A program made the position numbers and the translations under genes. From a virus, in IMG/VR virus record IMGVR_UViG_3300045988_029408, positions 1-64,000 of that record: 64,000 nucleotides of DNA. One strand, written 5' to 3'. Shown here in pieces: positions 35,501 through 47,900 of the stretch. Under the pieces are notes generated by a model. It saw nothing but the letters and a program-made list of their open reading frames with translations, did not search any database and had not been told where the DNA came from. Within the stretch, counting starts at the first letter, position 1. The number at the start of each line of letters is the position of its first letter.

Positions 35501-38500
35501 CTAGATTGTTGTATGTGGATAAACAAGGGGTCCATTTTGGATAGCAGTTACTTAACGAAAATAATTTTGAAGAATTAATAAATTTTATAATTCAAAATAA
35601 AACATATCGCATAGACAGAGAAAAATTAGCAGGTTCTAGTGTGTTCGGTAATAATTTAAAAGTACAGGACTAGAATGGCAATATTCTTTTTGACCACAAA
35701 GCGGATGAAGTTTATTCTACAATACTTATTGATGACGGTATTGTATTAACAGATTTAAATAGAACATCAAGTGCTATTACAGTTAAACCCAGCGTATATG
35801 TAAATTATAAGAAAAAGGTAACATTTGTTAGTTCTGCTTAGAGGACTCAAGACAGTGGTACTTCTGCTGAAGCTAAACAAAGATTAGGAGAAGAAATAAA
35901 CTCTGATCAATTATACGACGAAATGACCAATCAAGAAAGTAAAGGTGGCATAAAAGAAGCACAAAAATATATTGAGAACTTCTTGAAAGGGTTTAAAGAT
36001 CGTATAAACAGTTTTGCTAAAGATGGCAAATTGCAACCTGGAAAATACAAAGTAGCTGTGTATGGAATGCGTAGCAAACGGATTACCGCTACGTACGATG
36101 CTGATTTATCAGCAGATACTGATACTGGTCAACTTAGTATAGCTATAAGTGAACAACCACAGTTTATAGCTAGATTAATAAAAGCTCTTATTAATAAAAA
36201 ACAAGTTCAATTAGTACTTGCAGACGAAGAAGGTAAGTTTGTACAAATAGACGGTAAAGCTATATTCTTTGGTAGAGGTTTTGAACATACCGATTTTGAC
36301 ATAGATACTAAACAAACATCATCCCAATCATCTGAGCAAGGAAATTTGTTACAGCAATTAGTTGAAGCTATGCAGTAGTTGGTATCTAATTCTAATACTG
36401 TTCCACAACAACCAGTTTAGTAGGTGGTTCATAATTAGCCTCAAACTAATTTACCAGTTGGATATAACGGTTTTAATACCCCTATTGAGAATCTTCCAGT
36501 ACAACCAAAGACGGCTAGTGAAACAACTGTAAAATTTGAAGATGAACCAGCTGAAGATACTAAAGTAAGTATACAAGAGGTTGGAGACGATTTAAAAATG
36601 TCTTTCAATGGAATTACTGTTCAAATACCAAAAGATAGTAGTAGCAGTGATTTGGAAATAGCTTTATCTTCACAAGAAGATATAACAGATGAAGATTATG
36701 ATTCTTTTATTTCTGCACTAGAAGAATATAAACAAAAACCTGAAACTAGTGTTGAAACTCAAACAGAATTGAAAGGTCTTAATTTGAGACCTACTCCAAT
36801 TTCACAGTTTGCTACTCCAATACAGGAAAAACCATAGTTACAATCTGTATAGGAACTGATAGATTTCTTAAAGACAGGGTCTTCTACTGATAAGAACAAC
36901 GCAAAACGATTAGAAAATCTTAGAAACTCTGAAAATATAAATACAGCTAAAGATATTATATCTGGAGCGTTAGCAATATGGGGTGTACAAAACAAACTAT
37001 ACAGTTCTAGATCGGAAGCGTTGTTTGATGATAATATAGGTAAATTAGCTGATTAGTTTGCTAGAGAACTGGTATATCAAGATGGAGTTAATACAGGCGC
37101 TATATTTGACTTCTTAGACCAACATGTGTAGAAAGAGGATTACGATTCCGCTTTAGATAGAGTAACAACTATATTGGGTAAAGATTTTGATTTCTCTTTC
37201 TTACCAGAAAGTAAAAGAGTGTGGGATAAAGTTAGAGGTGCTCAGATTTATGTATTTGGAGAATGTGCAGCATCTGGTATACGTTTGTACAGAGATGCTA
37301 AGCTTAATAAGATTGCTAGAGGCTCGTTCTATCATGAAGCTTTCCATAGAATTAGTCTATTTGTTCTTTCTAAAGAACAAAGAGGTAAGATGTATAATGA
37401 TGCACGCAATAAAAATACAGATCTCGCGTTTGCTTCAAATTAGCAGATAGAAGAATATTTAGCAGATAGATTTGCTGAATTTGTAATAGAAAGTTCTCAG
37501 GAGCATCCTGATAAATATTACGAAGGTAATATCTTCAGCAAAGTGTTTCAACATATTGCAGACGCTGTAAGAAATATAGTAAGGAAGCTTTCTGGTAAAA
37601 ATATAAATCCTAATTATAGTAATCTTGACAAATTGTTTAAAGATATGTATTCTGGTAGATTTGCATATGCCAAAGCTACTAAAAACAACATAGAAGAGTT
37701 TGAAAAGATGTACAGTAAAGCTCCTGTGTATTCTGGTTTCAAGGTAAACGGAGTTACTTTAGCTGAAGACGCAATCCAATATAATGAAATAATGCGTGAT
37801 ATGCTAGGTAAATTAATTTATAACTCTGGTATATATACAAATACAGATGGTAGACTATCTATAAATACCAACGCATTAAAAGCATCTTATCAACATGATA
37901 TAGCAACATATACTAAAGCCGTCATTGAGTTAGATAAACAATTGCGTAATAAAAAAATTGATAAAAACTTAAGCCGATTTAGTGATGACGATATTGCTAT
38001 AGCTTAGGCTAAGATGGTAAGACTTATTAATGTTTATAAAAATATCGTAAGAGACGATACTTGGGATCAATGGGCTGGAATAATTCGTAATTTTGTAGAA
38101 CGTCAATTTAACCTTGTCCAAGATACTTCTCACAATCCTAATAAAGTATTAAAAGCTGATATTGAAGAAGATGTTGAAATTACAGAAGATGGACAAGATG
38201 AATTACAAGAGTACGGTATAGATGTATTAGGATTTTCAGACTATCGAGATAGTTATATGAGAGATATGTATAACAGTATGGACGCTAGTATGAAAATGCT
38301 ACTATGGTCTATAACTGATTTAGATCCTACAGATGCAGCTACTGCTAAATATACGCCAGATGGTATACTCAAATTTGCAAATGTAAGAGATTTATATACT
38401 AGAATAGTACACGCTATAACTAATTCTAATAGTGTAGAAGATATGTTGAACAAACTGTATTCGGCAGCTAAGACACAAATGGAAGAAGAAAATAGTTCTA

Positions 38501-41500
38501 CTATGATGTAGGTATATCATATACTTAGTAATGAAAACACTAATAGTGCTTTATTGAACAGATTCTTTACTGACTTTGTTAAGTATATTCATAATTTTGA
38601 AACTCATTCTTACACTACTACTGCTAGAAACATAGGTTCAAATGGCGAATATAGATATGGAGCTACTACTAAGAACGGAAGTTTAGATGCAATCCAAAGT
38701 AAACTAGACAATAAATGGAAAGGATCTATGATTGTTGCGCTTGATATCATTTCTGATAAATTAAACAGTGTAGCTACTACTAGTGAAGCTGGCAAGTTAT
38801 TTAGAAATATGATAACTCCGCTAAAATAGGCTATGAACAAATTGAACATAGAAAACTTAGAGTCTATAAAAGACGTACTTAGAGAAGCAGATAAACTTTA
38901 TCAATTTGGAACTATTACTGGCGATTTATAGCAAGATGCTGTAGCTTGGCAGAAAGCTATGCGTAATGCATCTAAAAGTGGTAAGGTTGGTAAAAATTTG
39001 CTTTTACAACCTTTAAATAAGTTAAATACATCTAATGTTTCTGAATTTAGACTTCTAGAATCTTCCAATAAACGTTAGCAAGGAGTATATAAGAAGTTAG
39101 ATGAGATGTTTACTGAAAAAGGTATTCTTACTTAGTTATCTCAAATGTTTGGTTCTTATATTAAGTCTATACCATCCACACAATCTCAAAAAGGTCCCAG
39201 AAATACCAAAATATATTCAATAGGATAGTATAATTTCATAACTAGAACTTTTGCCATACTTGCTAACACTAAAGAATGGGTTGATAAGATGTTGAATAAT
39301 ATTTATAATTCTCATTCTGTGTGGTTAAGTACACTAAAAAATTTAGGTGGAGCTAAACAAGTACAAGTACACACAAAACTTAGTACAGTATTAGATGATG
39401 AATGGAATGACTCTGTAGCAGATAAAGAAGTAACAGAACTAGAAGATTTGACAAACAGGTTTATATCCATATGGTCAGGTAAACATGTTACACCAGCGTT
39501 GGCTAATAAAAGATTTGCTGCTGATATTGAAGGCATACCGATATTTGAAAACATAATCAATGATAATTTAGATATAAATCCTAAAGTAATAGATGTATTT
39601 GTTGGTTATTTGGCAGATGAAATTATGGCTATATCAGATGCTAGATACACTAGAGATTATTTCATTGAAAAGTTGAACTAGGCAACTAATAGCAATTACA
39701 CTATTGATTCGTTCTCAAAATTGTCCTCATTGTAGTAGGAACAAATATTTAAAAATAACCCAGAAGCTGCTAAGTTACTTAGACTATTAGTAAAAACGTA
39801 TCATTACGTAGAAGGAGAGCAGCAATGGTTATACGATGAAGTTAATGATAGATATTACAGAAGAGCGTTCCATATAGATTTACGTTCTGGTAAAAAAGGT
39901 CCTAGAGGATACGAATTTAGGCACTTTAAAGATATAGGTAAATCTATAAATCTTTCTTCTAACGTGGTGCAAAAAATATCTTCTAATATGTTCGATACAG
40001 ATTCTCGTCAAAGTTCTATAGATTATGTTTATAATATGATAAACCGAGAAAGTATCAGAAAACAAATAAGAAGCATGTTAAATGATAATATTGCATACGC
40101 TATCGTTAAACTACAACAATTAAAAGCTATTATAGTAGATGATGCTGGTAATATAACAAGTAATCGTTACTTGCCTTCAGATTTAATTAAAAAATATATT
40201 TATGGTAAACAATCTGTTAATGTAAACGAATTAAGCGGTAATGATTATTATAGAGCTATTGGTTCTGCTGTAATACAAGGTATGTCAGATATATCAGAAT
40301 TTGAGAAACTATGTCATGGAGATATTGCGTATCATAAAAATATTGACGGTGTAACTAAACGTTATTCAGGTATTGTTTCTACAACTTCTCTTACTTCAGA
40401 GAAAGGTACTATGAGAAACGTGTTTGACGAAGAAGATAGATTATTCGATAGTAACACATATAATTCTGTTACTTTGAACACCACAATGGTTGTAAATCAA
40501 GCTAAGTATAAAGGGGAAGCATACAGAGCTCTTGGGCTATCTGAGAACATGGTTAAAATATATTTGGAAGATAATAATATAAAAGTAAATATTGACACTT
40601 CTGACGTATTAGATGCTGATGGTAACATAAAAGATAATTATCGTAAAGCTAAATTGATAAATCGGTTACTGCAATTTAGAGAAGAACGACGTTTGAAAGT
40701 AATGATCAACGGAGAACCAATGTCTGATGCATAGTTATTAGATGTTGCAGTAAAAGATTTTGAAAACAGATACGAAGGTTATCTTAAAAACGACCCATCA
40801 GATGCTCAAAGTTGGGTTACCAGTCAAATGTTTAGAGCTTTACAATAGCGAAAAGGGGCGTGGAACGATGTATCTGAAGCTATATATAATCTACTTACTT
40901 ATTATGACAAATTCGGATCTGATAAGCTTACTCCTAGAACTATAAGGCTTATTTAGGATAATATATGTAAAGTGCTTAATATAAATTATGACGAATTAGT
41001 AAAAAAAGCTAAGGCATACGATGCTAATAAAACTAATTTAAACAGTAAAGAAGTGCGCGATTATAAAGGGTGGATTTTTGGTATTGCTGATAAATTCAAA
41101 TTTGAATCGCCATCTCTTAAGTATATTTACTACGGATACGATTAGGGTAGAATGGATGGACTTACTACTCCAATTTATGATAAATCTTCTTATAAAGTAT
41201 TATGGAAGATTGAAGTAGAAGGACATGAAATACAACAGTTATACGATTTTATGCAAGATAGTAATGTAGACGTGGTTAAACAAGAAACTGCCGTTAAATC
41301 AGGAGGTTTACCTAACTTTGAATTGTTCGATTTAAACGGTAAGGTGGATAGAGCTGCACTAAATGCTTCAGTAATTCAATCGCAATACTTTTCTTTGTTA
41401 GGAGACCAGCTTAATACAGCTTCACATCACACAAACGACGCTAATCTATTGACTCAATTTATGAAAGTGGCAATGATGAACACAAATAAAGACAGACGAT

Positions 41501-44500
41501 ATAGAGTTAATGGTGTTACAGTTGATGGTCAAATGCTTCAGACATTCTATAAAGCGATTCTAGATGAACTTACTAGAAGAGGGTCTGTTAAATTTAACAA
41601 AAAATGGGGTATAAACGATAACGGAGTTGTTGATAAAAAAGCTTTTATGAAGTCTTTATAGACCATGGCTCAAACTGAGAATCTTCCAGCTGAAACAGTA
41701 GCTGCTTTCCAAGTCGATGAAAACGGTGAATTTAAAATACACCCAGCAGCAATGCCAAATATTGCTTGGATAATGTCTCGTATTCTTGCTCAAATGGGTG
41801 ATACTATAATAGATACTGTTACTCCAGGTAAAGCTTTGTATCAGGTAACTAGTGTTGGTTATGATAATTTCATGAATTTGAAGCAACATGCTGACAAACA
41901 TCTATATATGCCTGGGGAAATTGATTCTAACGGCAATATTCATCAAAGAATGCAAGTTAGATTGTCTATAAATTTCTTTGACGATGTAATATAGGAAGCT
42001 AAACGTAATAAAATTAAAGGATACGATTTTGATAACTTTGAAGATCAGCGCAGGTTCATACTAGATAATAAGGAATTATTTGCATTATCATATCGTGTTC
42101 CTACACAGGGGTAGAATTCAACTATACCTGTTGAAATAGTAGATTTAGTACCTAGTCTTAATGGTAGCATGATCCAATTCCCTTCTGGTATTACTGCACT
42201 TACTGGTTCTGACTTTGATATTGATAAAATGTTCTTAGCTAGATACAATTATGAAGTTGTTAATGGTAAAATGCAAAAAGTTAAGTATGATATAAATGAA
42301 GTGATGAATAATATAAACAGCACCGATTCCAAAAAATTACAAAATTTCTTATTAGATATGTATCAAGGTGTGTTGACTTCTTTAGATCATGCGTTGGCTA
42401 CTAGTACTCCATTGGACGTTGCTACAGGACCTATTAGTACATTTGCCAAGAAAGAACTAGAAGAATATTCTGGAGGTAAAGCAGACGGATTACCTGATAA
42501 TTTAGACGGATTTTATCTTAACCCAGTATTCCAAACAAGGTAGAAAAAGCTTAATTCAGGGTCTGATGCCGGTATTGGTCCTATGGCGTTAAATAGTGTA
42601 TTCTAGTTCTTTGTTCAGATTGCTAAATTAGATATGCGTAAATTCCCAATTATTGAGCAATTGAGATTATAGAAATTAGGAGAAACTTTTGATAGATACG
42701 GTGAAGAAATATTGGATTCAACTTCAGGTCTTATTAACGCGTTTGTAGATGCTGCTAAAGATAACTATATCGGCAACGCTAATGTTAACGCTTATACTTT
42801 TGATGTAGTAGCTATGCTAATTGCATCTGGGTTTGGTAATGACACGTTTGCATTCTTAACACAACCTATCATAAAGGAAATTTCTGATAACTGGTTGACT
42901 TATAAACAAGGACTCATTGGTGTATCAGATTAGGAAAAAAGAGGTACATATTTTATGGACTCTGTAATAGAAGATTACAATGACAGATTAAAATCTTTAA
43001 GTGCTGAAGATACACCAGAAAAAGAGTATTCAGAACTGACCAAACACGATGTATTAATGGGCAATCTTAAACCTAAACATGACGCTAGATGGATTAAAGA
43101 TTAGCTTACATACGCAAGTATGTTTAGACAATTGTATGAATTAGCAAAAGAGTACCACAATGCTATTTCAAATGCTCAGATTGATACTAAGAAGTACGGT
43201 GTTAACATTAACCAATTACTTTCTTTTATTCAAGGTGTGAACCAATTCAACTCAGAATATAATATTGCATTTAGTAATCCTAGAGATATGTATGATAATA
43301 CGTTCTTAGGAGCTAAGTATACTAAGGGAGTTATGGGTATATTTGACACATTTAGTAAACTATTACCTGAATTTTCCAAAGTATATATTGATGCAGCTAA
43401 TGAACTTAGTAAAGAATGGGGTTTATATGGTAGACAAAGTAAAGAATTCCTAAGAGTGGTTGGACCTAAAATAAAAACTGTACTTTATTTGCCATTCTTT
43501 AATCAGTATATAATTGAGAGATTTGGCGGAAAAGCTTTAGCAAAGTTAACATATGGTGAAAATAGCGTTCCTGGAAGATATGAAGCTATTAAACGTAAAG
43601 CGTTACGTAGAGGTGAAGGAATAGACTTGTTCAACGCTGTTAAGTATAACAAACTTGGAGATGTCAAAGTTCCTCAATTCATGTTGGTTACACAACAGTT
43701 TAAAGAAGATTCTGACGTTAAAAATAATGTCCAGTTAGCTTTAAGTGAATTATTCAATAGCACTGATCCTGAAATAAAACAATGGGCTGAAGATTTTGCA
43801 GTTTATATGTTCTATGTATCTGGCGGTACTGATTCAAATGCTGGTGGTATTGTTAGAACTACAGTATACGATATTATTCCACCACAGTACTTAGCTAACT
43901 TAAGAGCTGGTGGAAAGACATTTAATTAGTATATTGCTGAAAATGTCATGGGTAGAACAACAGGTATGACTAATACTGAAAAAGACCAAATAATTAGCTT
44001 ATTGGCTGTATCTGATGACAATTATGTTCCTACTATATCTCCTAGAAATCACAAATATGTAATCAAAAGAGTTGTTGGTAATGATGTGATTACTATTACT
44101 AAAGGATCCAATTCGTTATTTAATAGAAGTACTAATACTTATAGTCCTTTTATTAAAATAACCACTTCTAATGGATATGACTTATATCGTCTTGGAGAAA
44201 AAGTGTCTTCTATTTCTAAAAAAACAGGTACAACATTTTCTAATCCCGTATATTATAAAGTTAATAAACTTGGATATAAGAGTAATAAGAGACAGTCGTT
44301 TGCTTTAAGAGCTGATGGTTACATTAGTGAAGACGGCACTATAAGGTCTTTACTGTGGTAGGATAATGATTTTAATAAATTGGGATTCAATAGTTTGAAT
44401 GAGAAAGAATAGTCTATTTATATGAATAATACTAATACTACTCTAGATAAGATAGATGATGCTTTAAGTGGAAGTATAGATTATTCTAAATATTTCAATT

Positions 44501-44901
44501 CTCAAAAAGCCAATGATGATTCTGAACAGCAAAGAGCTTTAGTAGATACTGTAGATGCTGTGTATTTTATAGCGGACAGTTCTTTCAGTTATCATTTGCC
44601 AGTTAGAGACTATGCTAGATTTAAAAATAAAGAATTTTATGTAATATCTATAGATTAGACTGAAATACCCACAGCAAATGGCTAGAAAATAGCAATCATT
44701 GGTGATTCTGCAAATACTGCTATAGAGATATACAAAAACAATTCTGATAAATAGATATATACGTTTGTAAATTATTTCGGCGAACGGTCTTCTGTATTTT
44801 AGGCGCTGTACAATTAGATAGGTGATGAGTTAAATAACAATAAAGAATCTGAGGATAGTGATTAGAAAGGTAGTGCTATTAAAGATAAATGTAAAAATTA
44901 A
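29569..44901 (+). CDS. Giant polyvalent virion protein (5,110 codons) with a two-barrel RNA polymerase DxDxD motif and an HExxH motif
   Basis: All 24 frame-1 track ORFs from 30178 to 44422 and every gap between them were read codon by codon. 67 in-frame TAGs and no TAA/TGA until TAA 44899-44901. Contains RVPTQG...GSDFDIDKM, HEAFH, and an N-terminal Gly/Ala zipper (30178-30330). Confidence 0.8.
37333..37347 (+). other. HExxH (HEAFH) zincin-like motif inside the giant ORF
   Basis: Context is GSFYHEAFHRISLF ... EEYLADRFAEF. Confidence 0.5.
42211..42225 (+). other. DFDID metal-binding motif (crAss-type virion RNAP signature)
   Basis: Reads gac ttt gat att gat. Preceded by YRVPTQG(TAG)NS...ITALTGS. 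Confidence 0.7.
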
Positions 44902-44906
44902 TTAAT

Positions 44907-47900
44907 ATGACTCCGTTTTGTCCAAATTTTAGTAATAAACAAGTAAAGAAAGAGTTTGAAACTCTTGAAGATATGGTTGGAGAAAACCAAGCATATTATT
45001 TGTGGGATAAATATGAAGGTGATTATGCAAAAGCTTCTTCGGAGGCTTTTGCGCAATTGCGCAAACAAGTATATTCTAGACCTGACGCTAAAACCCCGTA
45101 GCAGTTTAGTAGTTCTCAAAGAATGGCATATATCATGCAACAGCTGTATCCAGAAATAGAACTGAAATTTGTAGAAGCCATAGAGGGTGGATATGCTGGG
45201 TCTATTGATTTAGATGCTATGCAAGCGTTGATAGATATGACTAAATCTGGAAAAGATACCATTCCCCACGAATATGCTCATTACTATGTAGAAATGTTTT
45301 CCAATGCCCCAATAATTAAAGAAGGTATTGAAACATTTGGTGGTAAAGAACAGTTAGTACAAGCTGTAGGTATTAGGGTGGCTAATATGAATGGCGAAGC
45401 TAGAAGTTGGTGGTAGAAATTCAAAGATTTTGTTAAAAAACTGTTTGATAACAAATATGCTAAACAAGCTTTGCTTGCCGAAATTACAGATAGTTTTTTG
45501 ATTCGTAAACAGCTAGGAGATACGTAGAAAGTATCTGGAGTGTTTCATCAAGAAATACCATCTGTGGATTAGGTAAGAAAGATACTACAAAATTTAGCAA
45601 ATACTGTCACTTTTGATGAAGTAGAACATAGGTTTACAGATAAAAAAACTGGTAATATATTAACTTCTGTTACAGGTTTTAAAGAAAAAGCCAATTATGA
45701 CAATTATGATGCGTCACTAGAAGATCAAACGTAGGCTAAAATATCTTAGGAAGCTAGAAATAATGGTACTAATATACATGCTGTTTTAGAAGGAGTATTA
45801 AAGGGCAATTTAGATATACAACGATTTACAGATAGTATGTCTAGGGAAGCTATAAAAGGCTTAATTGATGTAGTTAACCACATTAAACAAAATTATGACT
45901 TTGTTGCATCTGAAGCAGTATTAGCTGACCCTAAACATGGTGTTGCTGGTATTGCTGACTTAATATTGAAAGATAAGAAAACAGGTGAGTATGTATTAAT
46001 GGATTTTAAAACTAAATTAATAAATTATAATAATAAGAAAAACGACAAAGGATATCTGGTCAATGAAAAAGGATCAAGATTGAGAGGCTTTTTGTTTTCT
46101 ACTAGTAAAAAATTTAGACTAAAATCTGAAAAAGACGGCTACGATTTTCAGCTATCTGCGTATAAGTATATACTATAGCAAAATGGTATACCTATTTCTA
46201 AAGTGGGAATTATACCGATTGTGTATTCCGTTGATAAAGGTAAGATAAGTAAAGCAGGATTAAGTACTGTGTTTGGTACTAATGAAGAAGCTAACAGTCA
46301 AATGAAGAAAGAAGGTTTCTATCAGATAACACAATCACAACAAACTAAATTTGATGTTGAATATAATATATTTGGTGATAAAACTATTTTTGGAAATGAT
46401 ACTGAAAAAGTGGATCAAATGCTCAAAGAACTTACTAATTTGATGAATACTATATAGAAAAAACTAAGTATTCAAGAACAGGTTCTTAAGCTACGCAGAA
46501 GTTATCGCACTCAAGCTAAAGATGCTGCAAACCTGTTAGAAAAGATATCAAACATGACAGAATTAGATGCCTTACTTTAGTACACTAATTATGCAGCTGA
46601 TCATTTAGGTAGACTCAATAAACAGATATAGGAAAGATATAAACAAGGGAAAGATGCTAAATGGGATTTAAATGTATTATAGAGCTATAGAGAAATAGCA
46701 TCGTCTTATGATATAGTAAATAGAATATCAGGATTGGCTAATAGGTATTCTGATATATTTGGAGACGATAATGTGAGAGCTATAGAAACTGCTTGTAATA
46801 AATTATAGTAGGCACAACGAAACATATTAGATGCTTGTGATACAATTGGTTCTAAACTATATTTAAATGAAATTCTACCATACGTAGGTATAGTTAGATA
46901 TAGAATTAAAAACGAAGAAAGAAAGAAGTATATAGAAAACAACCCAAAAGGTCCTAACGAATCAGATAAAGATTTTAATTTGAGAGTTCAACAACATATA
47001 GAACAGTATTTAAGAGATAACAGTAATGATATAGAGTATCAAACTAGAGAATGGTTAGATGCTCAAAGACATGTAGCTGAATCTGGGTTTGAATGCAATT
47101 CTATATTAGCTAACTTTGGTACAGTTTATGAATCTAAAGATCCTTTTGTACAAGCTATAGTACAAAGATTCGATTTTGCAATTAGTGATAAAGAACAGCG
47201 AATGATTAAATTAAGAGCTTAGATAAGTAAAGTACTAAAAGAATACAAAGCAAAGTATGGTACTACCAATTTTAGTGACCTGAGAAAGGTGTTTGATGAT
47301 TTTGTAGAAGTAACTGACAATGGCGTTATTTACTTGGTTAATCCAATTGGTGGAGAGTATTTGCAAGCATCTAAAAAAGAACGTAACAGAATATTCTCTG
47401 ATGGATCTTTAACTTTTTAGGAACAGCAAGCAGCTTGGGAAGAATGGCTTAGAACAAACAATCCTATATTTGACATTGAAGGTTACAATAGACAAATGGA
47501 TGAAGATTTAGCATCTATATTAGAGCCATTGGATGAAGAAAAAAGAAAAAAAGTTATACAAAATGCTAAACTTAGTGCAGATAAAAGAAAATCTTGGTTT
47601 TCTATGTATAAAGACGGTACTATTACTGCTGATATAAGATAGGAATTAGATGATTTGACACGAGATTTAGATGAAAAGTATCGTAAACCTAATCCTGCTA
47701 TATATAAAAATGCTAAGTATGTGGAGATGTTAAAATACAAAGACTCTAATGACCCTAAATGGTAGTTGTATAAATTATTTTTAGATCTTATAAAAACATA
47801 TGATTATTCAATGCCACGTTCATTACGTCTTAACTTTAGGTTACCTAGCGTTATTAAGAGAGGTGTTGAAAGAGTAAATAGCGATGGTGTAACGTCAACA

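Noticed and set aside
37187-45159. Alternative-frame plus-strand ORFs 37187-37450, 40760-40945 and 44956-45159
   Set aside because: Each is out of frame with, and nested in, a continuous reading frame that carries recognisable motifs. None has its own start context or conservation signal.
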